DNA of 63,886 nucleotides, counting the filler, from Octopus bimaculoides (taxonomy: Eukaryota), in NCBI RefSeq assembly GCF_001194135.2. It is 6 parts of 5 records of this genome, joined end to end, with 100 filler letters (N's around TTAATTAATTAA, not from the genome) between each part and the next. Parts side by side here need not be neighbours in the genome. Positions count along the whole stretch, not along the records: positions 46,028 to 55,783 come from NC_068990.1; positions 55,884 to 62,372 come from NC_069000.1; 4 more parts are not named here. One strand, written 5' to 3'. Made by a program: the position numbers and the translations under genes. The notes below the pieces were generated by a model that ran no database searches, was not told the DNA's origin, and saw only the letters and a list, made by a program, of their open reading frames with translations. Numbering within the stretch: position 1 is the stretch's first letter; each line of letters opens with the position of its first letter. Below, piece after piece: positions 49,321 through 61,358 of this stretch.

Positions 49321-49674
49321 AGGCGTGGCTGTGTTGTAAGAAGCTTGCTTCCGAACCACACAGTGACATCTTGGGAAAGTGTATTCTACTATAACTTCTG
49401 GCCAACCACAGCCTTCTGGGTGAATTTGATAGACGGACAGTGTTTTGGGGTCGGTTTGACCCCTCCACCCCCACCCTCACCCTACCGCTTGACAACCGAT
49501 GCTGGTGTGTTTACGTCCATGTAGCTTAACGATTCAGCAAAAGACACCGATAGGATAAGTACCAGACTTTAAAAAAATTAAGTTCTGGGGTCGATACATT
49601 CGACTAAAAATTCTTCAAAGCTGTGCCGCAGCATGGTCGTAGCCTAATGGCTGAAAAAGAGAAAAGATAAAAGA
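49316..49674 (+). mobile_element. SINE family A, near full length
   Basis: Same head (gcaggcgtggctgtgttgtaagaagcttgc), core and tail as 10622-11030. Confidence 0.8.
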
Positions 49675-50159
49675 TGTGTATAAAACTTTAATATAGCTCG
49701 TACACAAGCTGTATAGAGGATCAGCAATTGATCAGAAAAGAAGTATTTTATGACCTCGAAAACGAAGCCATGTCTATGAATATAGACTTAGCAATTTTAT
49801 TTACGTCAGATCACAATAATAGATCATCAGGTTGTGTGAAACTTAGCATTTGTAGTGACCTGAAACTAGTTGTTGATTTATAACCTCTTCTTATAATTAT
49901 TTTTTCTATTTCTTTTTATTGTTATTATTAGCAAAAATCTTATTATTATGTTATCTCGGAAATACAAGTCTCAGTAAATAGTGAAATGAGTAATTTCTTT
50001 CGCGGTATGTGGTAGCAATAATGTGATTCTAAATTGTGAATTTCAATTGAACCAGTAAGTTTAATAAATATTTTAAATTGTTTTTGAGTCTTGTAATCAA
50101 AACATATTACAACTTTGACAAGCCATAACTTTTAGGTCACTGAGCAATGTATATAAATA

Positions 50160-51045
50160 CAGGAATACCCTGCTTTACAAAAGTAACGTGTTCATAAATA
50201 TCTGGTTGTAATGCAGAATTAATTTTCCCATTGTCTGTCATGCTATAATGTGAGCATGCTTTCCAACGATTGTTTACGAAAAACAACAACAAGATCAAGC
50301 ATTATTTTAAACGTGCATCGTACAATATGTATTCATAAAAAAGTTTAAAGAGAAATACGTTAAGGAATAAATAATAACGGCAATATTATATAAGGGTGCG
50401 TTCTTGCCACAAAAGATGTTGACTACTGCTTTGTGAAAAGCAGTAATGGAATGATAGTTACCGGGAGGATGAAGAACACTATCATCTATTTTATTGTTCT
50501 TAATCATCATCTACTTGATGGGCGAAGAACTTATCTAAAATTGTTTGATAATTACGGCACAACATCCTTTTGTACAGCTCAGAATATGAACTAATCTCAT
50601 TATAAACTCCTCTCGTAATTTTCATGTTATGTTCATGATAAGCATTGTTATCAGTAAAAACTTGTAGATCTTCATCTATAAGTACCAATCTTTTAGCAAT
50701 CTTTTTTGCAGTCAACTTAAGCAGACTTGTTTGAATTTCTGTAATCTTAGGTTGCTTTTTTTCTCACATCATCAGCTCCTTGTTAGCTAAATTTGCCTTG
50801 TGGGATACTAGCAATTCAATCATATCTTTCCCTACGACTTCTTCAATTTTACATCATTTACAACTGTCATGATACCTTACCGGATTTGATGTAGACATTC
50901 TACTAGTGAAAAGCTTGTAAACATCCTTGATAACGTTGCTTCCATCATTCTGAAACAGAGTGCTCCGATGCTAGCTTTTACTTTGTAGAACATTTCAATC
51001 TAATCTAAACTTTAAAAACATAGAAACATGGTACAGGGTATTCTA
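50160..51045 (-). mobile_element. Tigger/pogo transposon remnant
   Basis: IEEVVGKDMIELLVSHKANLANKELMM*...LTAKKIAKRLVLIDEDLQVFTDNNAYHEHNMKITRGVYNEISSYSELYK...YQTILDKFF. TA|CAGGAATACCCTGCTTTAC at 50158, with a partial inverted match at 51034-51045. Confidence 0.75.
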
Positions 51046-52695
51046 ACTCCATGCAGCTTAACCTCTCCAACACTATCATCACCCTTACTGTCAATATCTC
51101 AAAGACATTAACCACCATCTCCTTCATGGTGTTGCATCTTCCTTCATAATAAACAGGCCGCTTTGTCATCCATTTGTGGCATTTTACTTCTCGAGAATTT
51201 TGATGAATTAAAATTGTTAGTCTTACATTAGGAAAGTATTTGAACTTGTCTAGTGGGAGAAGCTCCTACATATATTGTATGTCGATGTGCTTTGTTCGTC
51301 TACCATCTTTGAGTCAGAAATCTACCACCATTACATACGTATGCTGACGAGATACCCTCCGAACCACACTCTGATGACGCTGGCGCATTTCAAGTTAGGT
51401 TACCGATATTTTTATTGCCCTACGTTAACGACATTCTAGATATCACTAGATAACAAAAGACACTTCTAAGCAGATGTTACATTGCTTTAACCTCCCAAAC
51501 ATTCAACATCCCAACAAATGTTGAGTTTCACAATCGCCAGTGATCGCTCATGGTGTCTTCTAAATACATAAAAATTGCAATGAAAAGATGTGAATTTTTC
51601 TCTAGTGCCATGAAATATTTTTCCCCTAACTACCAGCAAATCCTCTCTAAAACACAGATATGGATGCCATTGCTGCTTCACAATAGAGAATGATTCAACA
51701 TAATACACCGATTCTGCTAGAAGAACAATTACTACTTTCTGCTTCTTTCATGGCTGCATAAAATTACATTTGCTGCTTTTAAATAAAAGTTGCATTTTCC
51801 TCCGCCCAGATCCACTTCACCTAGTCATTCCGTCGTTTCCTTTTAAAACCCAGAACTGGAAGCTTTCAAAGTCATTGCTGCCCAGAAATTTTACCCCCTG
51901 ACACTTCCTCTCTGGCCACGTTTTTCCAACAGATGTTCAAATTAAATATCAGCTTTATCGATTCTACAACTCTAAAAGTGTCTCAAAAGGTTACAGGCAC
52001 TGAGTTTTTTCCTATGGCTAACCCATAAAAATTTAATGAAAAAAATGAGATCATAAAAGTGAAGCAGCCTTTTTTTCTTTGTTTGCAAAACATTCAATAC
52101 AGGATTTAAATATTCATCAATTATTCATCAAACCCAGATTAAGTAGCAGTAAAAGGAATTTAAGACTGCCTTATTCCCACTTTTGATCTTTAGAATAAAG
52201 GAATGAACAAATAATAACTCGTGAGATTGGATGTGAGTTAAGGGGGAATACGCTTTAATTTTTAAAAGATGGGATGATAAATTTCGAATTAATATTTTCT
52301 TCCAAGAGTAGGAATTTCAATTCACGAATGAAAAGAGGGGTTTGTAGTTATGTCAGATTAGATATTGGGTTCTAAATTAATTACCGCAGTAATCTCTTAA
52401 TCCAGAAATGTTTTATATAGTGTCATCGCTGCTTGTCCTAATTTACAAATCACGGTTGCTCCAACGTATACGTTTAAACCAATCGTTTTCGAAGGGTTAT
52501 ATTAATGAGTTCAAACTTCTTAAACGTTGAGAACAACAGAAAAATAGATACCATATAATCCATGGTGTGGAAATCAGCTATACACCACTACTAAATATGT
52601 ATTGATTCAAAAACGGACAGTATCATAGGCGCAGATATACCTACTCAATGAAAGCCAGATTTATATACATAAATGTGTGTGTTCATACGTATATA

Positions 52696-52746
<51 letters not shown>

Positions 52747-53250
52747 AGGTTCTTTCTTACTGATAAAGACTAAGTCACGATCCGGCTTACATGAACGAGT
52801 AAAAATCTAGAATTAAAACTATAAAGTGAAGTTTATGTTCTGCACAAGAAAATGAGATTTGTTATATTTTTTCATCGCTAAATTAATAGAATAACACTTT
52901 AACTAAGTTAGTTTCATATGTGTTTTTGTTTTCAAATGCTTTTTTTTCTTTTCGAAACTGTTTTCTGAAACTATTATTTCATAAAAGTTTTCTTTCTTTT
53001 TACTTAGGCTATACGATTAATAATCTCACGTAATTAAATATTTTTTTTCTTGATATGTGAGGATATCTATCTAAAGGTGAATATTTAGAGCTATTCATTT
53101 GTGAGGCTTTATTATCTGGTAACGCTGGCTTTCAAATAGTTTTCATGATAGTTTTTATTTATAAGATTTATCTGTTAGATATTAATATCATAAATCAAAA
53201 ATTAGATTTGACATTAATCTTCGTTATAATGCATTCCATATTCCCCTTAC

Positions 53251-53325
53251 TGTTTGATCAACACATGTTTCAAAAGGATATTGGACACATGTTTTACAAC
53301 CATGTCATCAGTTTCCAATAAGCAA
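53251..53325 (-). CDS. Possible exon D of the same unknown gene
   Basis: atttcAG|T TGC...AAA CA|GTAAGG, 75 nt, phase 2-2, open: CLLETDDMVVKHVSNILLKHVLIK. The phase matches exon C only if C uses a weak donor at 53468. Confidence 0.3.
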
Positions 53326-53480
53326 CTGAAATATCACTTCAAAGATGAAATTAAGGAAAAGGATTTTCGACATATTTTACCGACATCATATGACTGATAG
53401 AAGCCATTAAAGATGAGTGTATTATTTTATAGTAGTTTGAAAAGTGTAATTGAGCCTATGTTATAACTTGCTTTCGATAC

Positions 53481-53532
53481 CAAATGGGTTAATTTCTCTC
53501 ACATAAATATTATCACTCTTGATTCCAATCTG
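53481..53532 (-). CDS. Candidate exon C of the same unknown gene
   Basis: Tandem NAGNAG acceptor (cttttcAG|cAG), phase 0 start, open: QIGIKSDNIYVREINPF(G), donor G|GTATCG. Confidence 0.45.
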
Positions 53533-54610
53533 CTGAAAAGTTTCAAATCCGTTGAATTTGTAAGCACGGTTCTTTTATAGCAATTCGACTGTATGTGAAT
53601 GTTCGACGAGATAGCCATCATACTCAACTTATATTAAATATACACATTTTTCATTGCTAAATTTTCCTGCAAATTTTTGAACATATTTAGTTTAAATGTG
53701 AAGTAATTATTAGCATAATACCCAAATGTAAACTACGAAATTAGCAGAAGTAAGGGCGTGTTTTCAATTCCACTTTAGATCAATCGTCAGCGGTTACGGA
53801 TTTGCGATAATTTACCCCCGCTTTTAGATGCAAATATAAAGAAGTGATGCGTGTTCGTAAAAGATATGGCAACATTTCAGCAGAACAAGATATTGGAAGA
53901 AATGCGATCCTACAACTGTTATTCCTAAGTGCGCTCTTCAGCTTTGCCTATTTTCAAGTTCCCTCAAAACTCAAGTCTTCTACTCATCCATTATCTAAGG
54001 ACGCTGAAATTATGATGATGTATATGTTCTGTTTAACAACTGTCTATTTCGATATAGACGCGAAATAAATGTATTCAGTAAATAAAGCATAAGCAAAGCA
54101 ATCTATTTATGTTTAGAAGATTTTGTGGAACCCGAACAGAAGCATTATTTTGGTGATGTGGTTCAAAAATGTTTACTATGATTTCGAAGAGCTAGAAGTC
54201 AACAAGCTTTAAACAGTTTTAATATAAAACTGTAAAACTGTATTTCTGAAAATAAAATCCATTTGATGAGCATGGTTTTACCATTTTCAGTTTCGGGTTT
54301 TTATCTCTCTGTTTTGCTCAGAAGGGAAATTAGAGTATTCAGTTTCTGTTTGTCTTTCAGATATATATTTTTATATATTAAAGTTAAAACTAAATTTGTG
54401 GTACAAACTTTTTATTATCACTTTGGTCTGGCAATATTTTAGGTAATTTAAATATAATCTCTTAGAAAAATCAATAGTTGATATAGACATATCTAAGTTT
54501 ACGTCATTAAATTGTATTCCACATTTTAAATATATTAAGTTAATAAAAAGCAGTAGGTCATGCTAAGAACTAATGTTCTAGGCATTACATTTGTGTAAAC
54601 ATGATGCTAC

Positions 54611-54687
54611 CTGATCTAGGAAAGGCTCCAGAAGTTTATGGGATAATTTTTTTCTTTTGTTTACAACGACTTCATCAAATTTATCAG
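54611..54687 (-). CDS. Candidate exon B of the same unknown gene
   Basis: gacAG|CT GAT...GAT CAG|GTAGCA, 77 nt, phase 1 to 0, open: (A)DKFDEVVVNKRKKLSHKLLEPFLDQ. An alternative acceptor 13 nt upstream exposes an in-frame ATG at 54694-54692. Confidence 0.45.
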
Positions 54688-55169
54688 CTGTCATATTTCA
54701 CTGTTTGATATGTAAAAAAATGTAACCCTTTTCCGACCAAAATCAAAAACATTAATCCCACAACCAATGTTATAACTCTGAAAATTAGATTTTAAAAAGT
54801 AGGCGTCTTATGGATTTTACCTTTCTGTGAAACATCTCGATATAAGCTGACAAATAATAATTTATGCAGTCACTTAGCGTGCTGCAGAAATAACAAACAA
54901 TTCTTCCTTAAAGCAAACTCAGGTTTCTTAAAGAAGAAAAGGCTACATTGGATAATCACGGAAGTAGTCCGTGACATAATGTGGATCACGATTGGCGGAA
55001 CTCTCCATAAAACGTCAACTGGATCAAAGTTGACATAAGTTAAGGAACAGCAGAAAAGGAGTTATGAACAAATGATTGTTTCCAAAAGTTTTCAAGCAAA
55101 AATTAATTTGGACTTAGAAGTTTAAATACTGTTTAATTATAAGTGACTGAAGTTTTCATTTTAACTTAC

Positions 55170-55226
55170 CTTCACGAGTTTTGAAAATACAAATATAAAC
55201 TTCTGGTGGCCAAGACATTTTTGAAA
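55170..55226 (-). CDS. Candidate exon A of an unknown gene (contains a possible start codon)
   Basis: Acceptor cctcttaattccAG, perfect donor AAG|GTAAGT, open frame ttcaaaa ATG: MSWPPEVYICIFKTRE(phase 1). Confidence 0.5.
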
Positions 55227-55783
55227 CTGGAATTAAGAGGAATAGGTTTATTCCCAAAATGGAAACCAAGAAAAAAGATTGTTATCGTTTGTCGTTTGTG
55301 TCGAAAGACATTCCAGGTTGTAATCAACGTTAAGCGCTGATGAAACGAAATATTATCTCAACAATTTCAGTAAATTTATATGTATTTTACGAGTATAAAT
55401 ATTAAATCTTCTTTTAGAATGTTAAAAGTAATTACAAAACAATAAATAAATTTCACAAATGAATGCTCTTGGGATGGGATTTATATTTGTAACCCCTATT
55501 GGTTCATTTATTCACGATTTCAAATCTATGGTACTCTAATATCCTTTCTACTAAATCAAAACTGATAATCACTTTCTTGGGTCTTGATAGTCCTTTTGTG
55601 GAAACATTTGAATGACCTGTTTCATAAGCTCAGTTATGAGTCTTACTGCAACTTCATGTTTTTTTTATGTCATCTTAAATTTCGATTCGACAGTTCAAAG
55701 ACTAGCAGCTGTTTGAATTACTGAAACAATTAACATCAGGATAAATATGTCTGAATATATATATATACATATATATATATATA

Positions 55784-55883
55784 NNNNNNNNNNNNNNNNN
55801 NNNNNNNNNNNNNNNNNNNNNNNNNNNTTAATTAATTAANNNNNNNNNNNNNNNNNNNNNNNNNNNNNNNNNNNNNNNNNNNN
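55784..55883. other. Artificial scaffold linker
   Basis: 44 N + TTAATTAATTAA + 44 N. Confidence 0.95.
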
Positions 55884-56129
55884 ATATATATATATATATA
55901 TATAATAATATATATATATGTACATACTTATATCTATACATATATATGCATATGTGGGCACAGGATGTCATGAAATGTGTACAACAAAAAAGTACAAAGC
56001 ACAAGTACGCGTTTGCCACCACAACCTCGTCTAGGCTTAGCAGCCCTTCCTGTTTGTTTTCACTGTCCTGTTTGTATTACCTATTTTAACCTTCCACGAA
56101 ATCACAAATTTTATTTAGTTTGCTTTGCA

Positions 56130-56845
56130 GGAGCAACTGTTTTATTGTCTCTCTTGCACACCACATCTGATGCCTCTTATTCCCCACTTTTCTCTCAGGA
56201 TGCTTACACTCTGTCATGCATGCACACTGACATTACACATCCAGCAAAGCATACTAGCTTCATTTCTTTCAAGCCTACACATGTCTTTAACAGTTACAGC
56301 CCATGTTTCACTGACATGTAGTACAGCTGTTTGCACACAGGCATCATACAATCTGCTTTTTACTCTGAAGGAAAGACTCTTTGTTACCAGCAGTGGTAGG
56401 AGCTCTCTGAACTTTGCTCAGCCAATTCTTATTCTAGCAGCTATGCTCTTGCAGCACCCATTCCTCCTACTAACTTGGTTACCTAGGTAATAGAACCTCT
56501 AGTTCCCCCCCCCCCCGGCATGTCATGGAGTTTATTTTCTCAATGTTTATAGTGTTAATTGTACCTGTGCCCATTCCACATACAAAAGCTACTTTCTCTG
56601 TCAACCATCCTCTGATATTGCTGTACCTTTTATCTGTCCATAGCTTACACTGGATACATCTTATGGAATTTCTACCTACACCTTTTCTACAGATCAAGGA
56701 GGACTATTTACTTGAAGGGATTCGTGATTTGTCTGCTTTCCAGTTTATTAAGGCTTTAGTTTTGCTAGGTTAACTCTAAGGCCCTTCAATTCTAGACCTT
56801 GCTTCCACACCTAAAACATCTCTTCAAGTTCTGGTAGTGATAGGC
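56130..56845 (-). mobile_element. RTE-clade LINE RT C-terminal remnant
   Basis: PELEEMF*VWKQGLELKGLRVNLAKTK...ICRKGVGRNSIRCIQCKLW...FYYLGNQVS...RIRIG*AKFRELLPLLVTK...RLYDACVQTAVLHVSETW...RLERNEASMLCWMC. Confidence 0.92.
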
Positions 56846-57242
56846 AATTATATATATATAATTGCCTATCATGGAAATTATTGATTTATTTCCATGTCCT
56901 GTGCAAGATGTCTTTTAAAGTGCACAGTAGAAATAGTGAATTAAAGCACCATAGCATTGTGAAACAAATCTTCCACCATTTATGTGTACGAATCAACAAG
57001 TGCCACCATTGTATCAACGTGGTATAAGATTGATTATAATGAAAATTGATGAAACAAGTGTAAACAATGCAGTAAAAGCAATTTGCTAACTCCTTTCTCT
57101 GAAGTTCTATTTTATATATGTGTGTATGCATCTACATGAGTGTGCATGTGTATGTACGTGTTTGTGTATGTATGTATACATTTATAATCATTCTTTTATA
57201 TGTTTCAGCCCTAGGCTGTGGCTATACTGGGACACCAATATA

Positions 57243-57277
<35 letters not shown>

Positions 57278-57479
57278 NNNNNNNNNNAAGGTAAGATCCA
57301 GAGGAACAGTTACAGGGTAGCCAAATATCACATGAGCACCTAAGAAATTAGTAATCACACTTGCATGGGTGATAATTCCAAGAAGAAGTGAAACGTGTTT
57401 TCAAGAACATAAGAACATAATGGCAAATGGAGATAAATGCACAGTAAATGATTTAAATCACATCTTGTACATTTATCTC

Positions 57480-57680
57480 CATTTTCTATTAGCCACTACA
57501 CATTCTTTATTTTCTCTCCTTGTTTCTTTCTGTGTTCCTTTCTGTGGAAGAGCATAGGCTCGAAACGTTAAAGACTTTTTCACTTCTTGAGCGTTATACC
57601 AATACATCTATTTTGTTTTCTACACCACCTGTCTTCGTCTTTTGTTGTTTCTTTTTTTTTGTGAATTCTCCCTATATATA
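57480..57680 (+). mobile_element. Penelope-type terminal repeat (3' tail) upstream copy
   Basis: Similar to 60090-60270 and to the reverse complement of 37960-38090. Contains ctgtggaagagcataggctcgaaacgttaaag and ends in (TA)n. Confidence 0.75.
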
Positions 57681-57695
57681 TATACATCTCTGACA

Positions 57696-58851
57696 CCTCT
57701 GTCCCCTTTCTCGACATTTCGGTCAGCATCCTTCACTCCGCCCTTAGCACCTCCATCCACTACAAACACACAGACTCACACTCCTATCTCAACTTCTCCT
57801 CCTCCCACCCTAAACACACAAAACTTTCCATCCCCTATTCCCAATTCCTCCGTCTACGCAGACTTTGTAGCGACAGCCATGACTTTGAGACTCAGTCTCA
57901 ACTCATGGCTCGCCACTTTAGCCTGCGTGGATATCCACCCACCACCATCCGCNNNNNNNNNNNNNNNNNNNNNNNNNNNNNNNNNNNNNNNNNNNNNNNN
58001 NNNNNNNNNNNNNNNNNNNNNNNNNNNNNNNNNNNNNNNNNNNNNNNNNNNNNNNNNNNNNNNNNNNNNNNNNNNNNNNNNNNNNNNNNNNNNNNNNNNN
58101 NNNNNNNNNNNNNNNNNNNNNNNNNNNNNNNNNNNNNNNNNNNNNNNNNNNNNNNNNNNNNNNNNNNNNNNNNNNNNNNNNNNNNNNNNNNNNNNNNNNN
58201 NNNNNNNNNNNNNNNNNNNNNNNNNNNNNNNNNNNNNNNNNNNNNNNNNNNNNNNNNNNNNNNNNNNNNNNNNNNNNNNNNNNNNNNNNNNNNNNNNNNN
58301 NNNNNNNNNNNNNNNNNNNNNNNNNNNNNNNNNNNNNNNNNNNNNNNNNNNNNNNNNNNNNNNNNNNNNNNNNNNNNNNNNNNNNNNNNNNNNNNNNNNN
58401 NNNNNNNNNNNNNNNNNNNNNNNNNNNNNNNNNNNNNNNNNNNNNNNNNNNNNNNNNNNNNNNNNNNNNNNNNNNNNNNNNNNNNNNNNNNNNNNNNNNN
58501 NNNNNNNNNNNNNNNNNNNNNNNNNNNNNNNNNNNNNNNNNNNNNNNNNNNNNNNNNNNNNNNNNNNNNNNNNNNNNNNNNNNNNNNNNNNNNNNNNNNN
58601 NNNNNNNNNNNNNNNNNNNNNNNNNNNNNCGATTCGTGGAACACCTCCGAGACATCAACGTTGGCAATGACACCCCGGTGTCACGCCACTTCCGTTTTGC
58701 CGGTCACTCCTTGCAGCAACACCTGTCCGTGTTTGGATTGTCCATGCACAGGGGCCATCCGGACTCCCGTTTGTGCCGTGAACAGGGATTAGGCTTCTCT
58801 CTTCGCTCCTTTGCGCCACATGGGTTCAACTCCCCTCCCCTCTTCATCTAA
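57696..58851 (+). mobile_element. Penelope-like element (Neptune-like), 5'-truncated ORF: RT C-terminus and GIY-YIG C-terminus flanking an N gap
   Basis: Open frame SVPFLDISVSILHSALSTSIHYKHTDSHSYLNFSSSHPKHTKLSIPYSQFLRLRRLCSD...RGYPPTTIR up to the gap. After the gap RFVEHLRDINVGNDTPVSRHF...HS...RLCREQGLGFSLRSFAPHGFNSPPLFI*. No stops in the sequenced parts. Confidence 0.92.
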
Positions 58852-59456
58852 CCCTCTCCCCCTTCCTCCTACCACCCATCTCTCCCCCTCCCCCACCTCC
58901 CCTCCTGCTCCGATTCCTACTTCTTTGTATGTCTCTTCACCTCTCTTCACTCGTACTTCTCTTCACTCCCACATCTCTTCATTCCTACTTCTCTTCACTC
59001 CTACTTCTCTTCACTCCTACTTCTCTTCACTCTCACTTCTCTTCACCCCTACTCTTTCTCTCCTCTCTCTTACTCTCTCTCACTCTCTTCTCTCGTACTC
59101 CACCCTCTCTCACTCTTACTCTCTACACTCTCACTCTCTCTCACTCTTACTCTCTACACACTCTTACTCTCTTACTCTCTCACCCTTACTCTCTTACTCT
59201 CTTCTCTCTTTCCCTCTCTCTCACCTTCTTCTCTCTCACTCTCTTTCTCTTCCTCTCTTTCTCCCCCTCCCATACCCACCTTCCCCCTCTCTTACATCCA
59301 CCTTCCCTCTCTTATACCCACCCTCTCTCCTCTCTTCCTCTCTTTCTCTCCCCTCCCATACCCACCTTACCCCTCTCTTACATCCACCTTCCCCTTCCCC
59401 CTTCATCGTCAACACCCCTCATAAGCTCATCCCACCACACCCCAACACACTCCTAC
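58852..59456. repeat. CT-rich low-complexity tract
   Basis: Degenerate ctcttcactc/ctcttact units between the Penelope-like ORF stop and its terminal repeat. Confidence 0.85.
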
Positions 59457-60039
59457 NNNNNNNNNNNNNNNNNNNNNNNNNNNNNNNNNNNNNNNNNNNN
59501 NNNNNNNNNNNNNNNNNNNNNNNNNNNNNNNNNNNNNNNNNNNNNNNNNNNNNNNNNNNNNNNNNNNNNNNNNNNNNNNNNNNNNNNNNNNNNNNNNNNN
59601 NNNNNNNNNNNNNNNNNNNNNNNNNNNNNNNNNNNNNNNNNNNNNNNNNNNNNNNNNNNNNNNNNNNNNNNNNNNNNNNNNNNNNNNNNNNNNNNNNNNN
59701 NNNNNNNNNNNNNNNNNNNNNNNNNNNNNNNNNNNNNNNNNNNNNNNNNNNNNNNNNNNNNNNNNNNNNNNNNNNNNNNNNNNNNNNNNNNNNNNNNNNN
59801 NNNNNNNNNNNNNNNNNNNNNNNNNNNNNNNNNNNNNNNNNNNNNNNNNNNNNNNNNNNNNNNNNNNNNNNNNNNNNNNNNNNNNNNNNNNNNNNNNNNN
59901 NNNNNNNTTTCTCCCTTCCCCATTTTCACACACACATATATGTCAAGATCACCAGCATTCTATCTCCCACACACACAGCCCCTCGTTCTTCGATCACCGT
60001 TCTTTCTCCCCCTTTTCTTAGCTCTTCTGTGAAAAAAAA

Positions 60040-60275
60040 TCTCTAACTTCCGGTCAGCCATTACTATGATTGACCGCTGACCGAACACTATTCAATTTTT
60101 TTTCTCGGTGTTTTTCTCCTTGTCTCCATATTCTTTCTGTTGAAGAGCGTAACTCGAAACATTAAAGACTTTCCGTATTCCAGAGCGTCATACTAATACA
60201 TCCTTTTGTTGTTTACACCACCTGTCCTCGTCTGTTGTTGTTTTTTTCGTACATTCTCCCATATATATATATATA
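60040..60275 (+). mobile_element. Penelope-type terminal repeat (3' tail) downstream copy
   Basis: tctttctgttgaagagcgtaactcgaaacattaaagact...tacaccacctgtc...ttctccca(TA)n. Follows the CT-rich 3' region of the element. Confidence 0.75.
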
Positions 60276-61097
60276 TATACAATATCGTTCGATGTGGCAG
60301 AATGCATGGACGTGTGGGATGAGAGAGGGGTGGCGAGAGTTTTGACTTGGGCAGTATTGGGTGCTAGTGTGTGTGAATGCATGTGAGAGAGTGGAGGAGT
60401 GCACACAATGGTGTGTACCATGCATACTAAGTTCAAGAGAAATGCAGTAATGATAAAATAAATTCGATTTTAATCTGGTGCAGATAACATTTGAGGCATG
60501 TTTGTTATCAGACATTTTCAAATATTAAACACCAACTTTATCTCTATTTTTGTCATTTGTTCATACACACACACACACACACACACACATGATATGTGCA
60601 TACCTGTATATAGTCATACTCATATTCATACATCTCTGAGGTTCTTTATATATGTGTGTGTATGCCTCTGTGTGTGTGTGTTTCTGACTGTTATCTAGAG
60701 TGGATACCAACATAGATATGTATGCATACAAACACATACACTCCCATACATACACACACTCCACACTCGAGTACATTCCTCTCACTCACAGTAATACTCA
60801 TACTTACACTCACCCTCCATTGGTGTCCTTTAAAAAATAACTCACTTCTTATGTTTCTTGCACTTTCTTCTCCCCTCCATCTGCCCCACAATCATTCTGC
60901 TCCAACATTCTTTTAATAATTTTACCTCTTCTTGCTATAATTATCCCCCTTAATCAGCAATAACAACCACCAGGCACCTGGAAAGCAATCACTTCGGATT
61001 ATTATTTTGAAGTTTATGATTTATTTTCTTTTAATTTTCTACATTTCCATTTGAATTATCTGAATCCAACAAACTGATTAAGACAGATTACTTAATC

Positions 61098-61164
61098 ATG
61101 ATGACCTTTCTAATGGAGATTTCTGTACCTTTAACGAGTTTCCTGCTGTTGTGGTCGTTGTTTG
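61098..61164 (+). CDS. Candidate first coding exon with a signal-peptide-like N-terminus
   Basis: ATG at 61098, MMTFLMEISVPLTSFLLLWSLF(G), followed by a perfect phase 1 donor G|GTAAGT. Confidence 0.35.
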
Positions 61165-61358
61165 GTAAGTGTTTTGAATTGTCTTCAGAAAGTATTGTCT
61201 CTGACCAATCTTCACATTTTTCTTTCTCTATATCTCGTATCTGCTCTGTCTGTATCTATGTATGGACATACAGACAGACAGACAATAGATAAATATATCA
61301 ACATGTGTATATGTCTGTAATCTGCTTAAATATAATGTAGTATGATATATATATCATA

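Noticed and set aside
51343-51370. CTGACGAG-ATACC-CTC-CGAAC as a hammerhead candidate
   Set aside because: GAAA is not matched, an extra C breaks the register, and there is no stem I or III.
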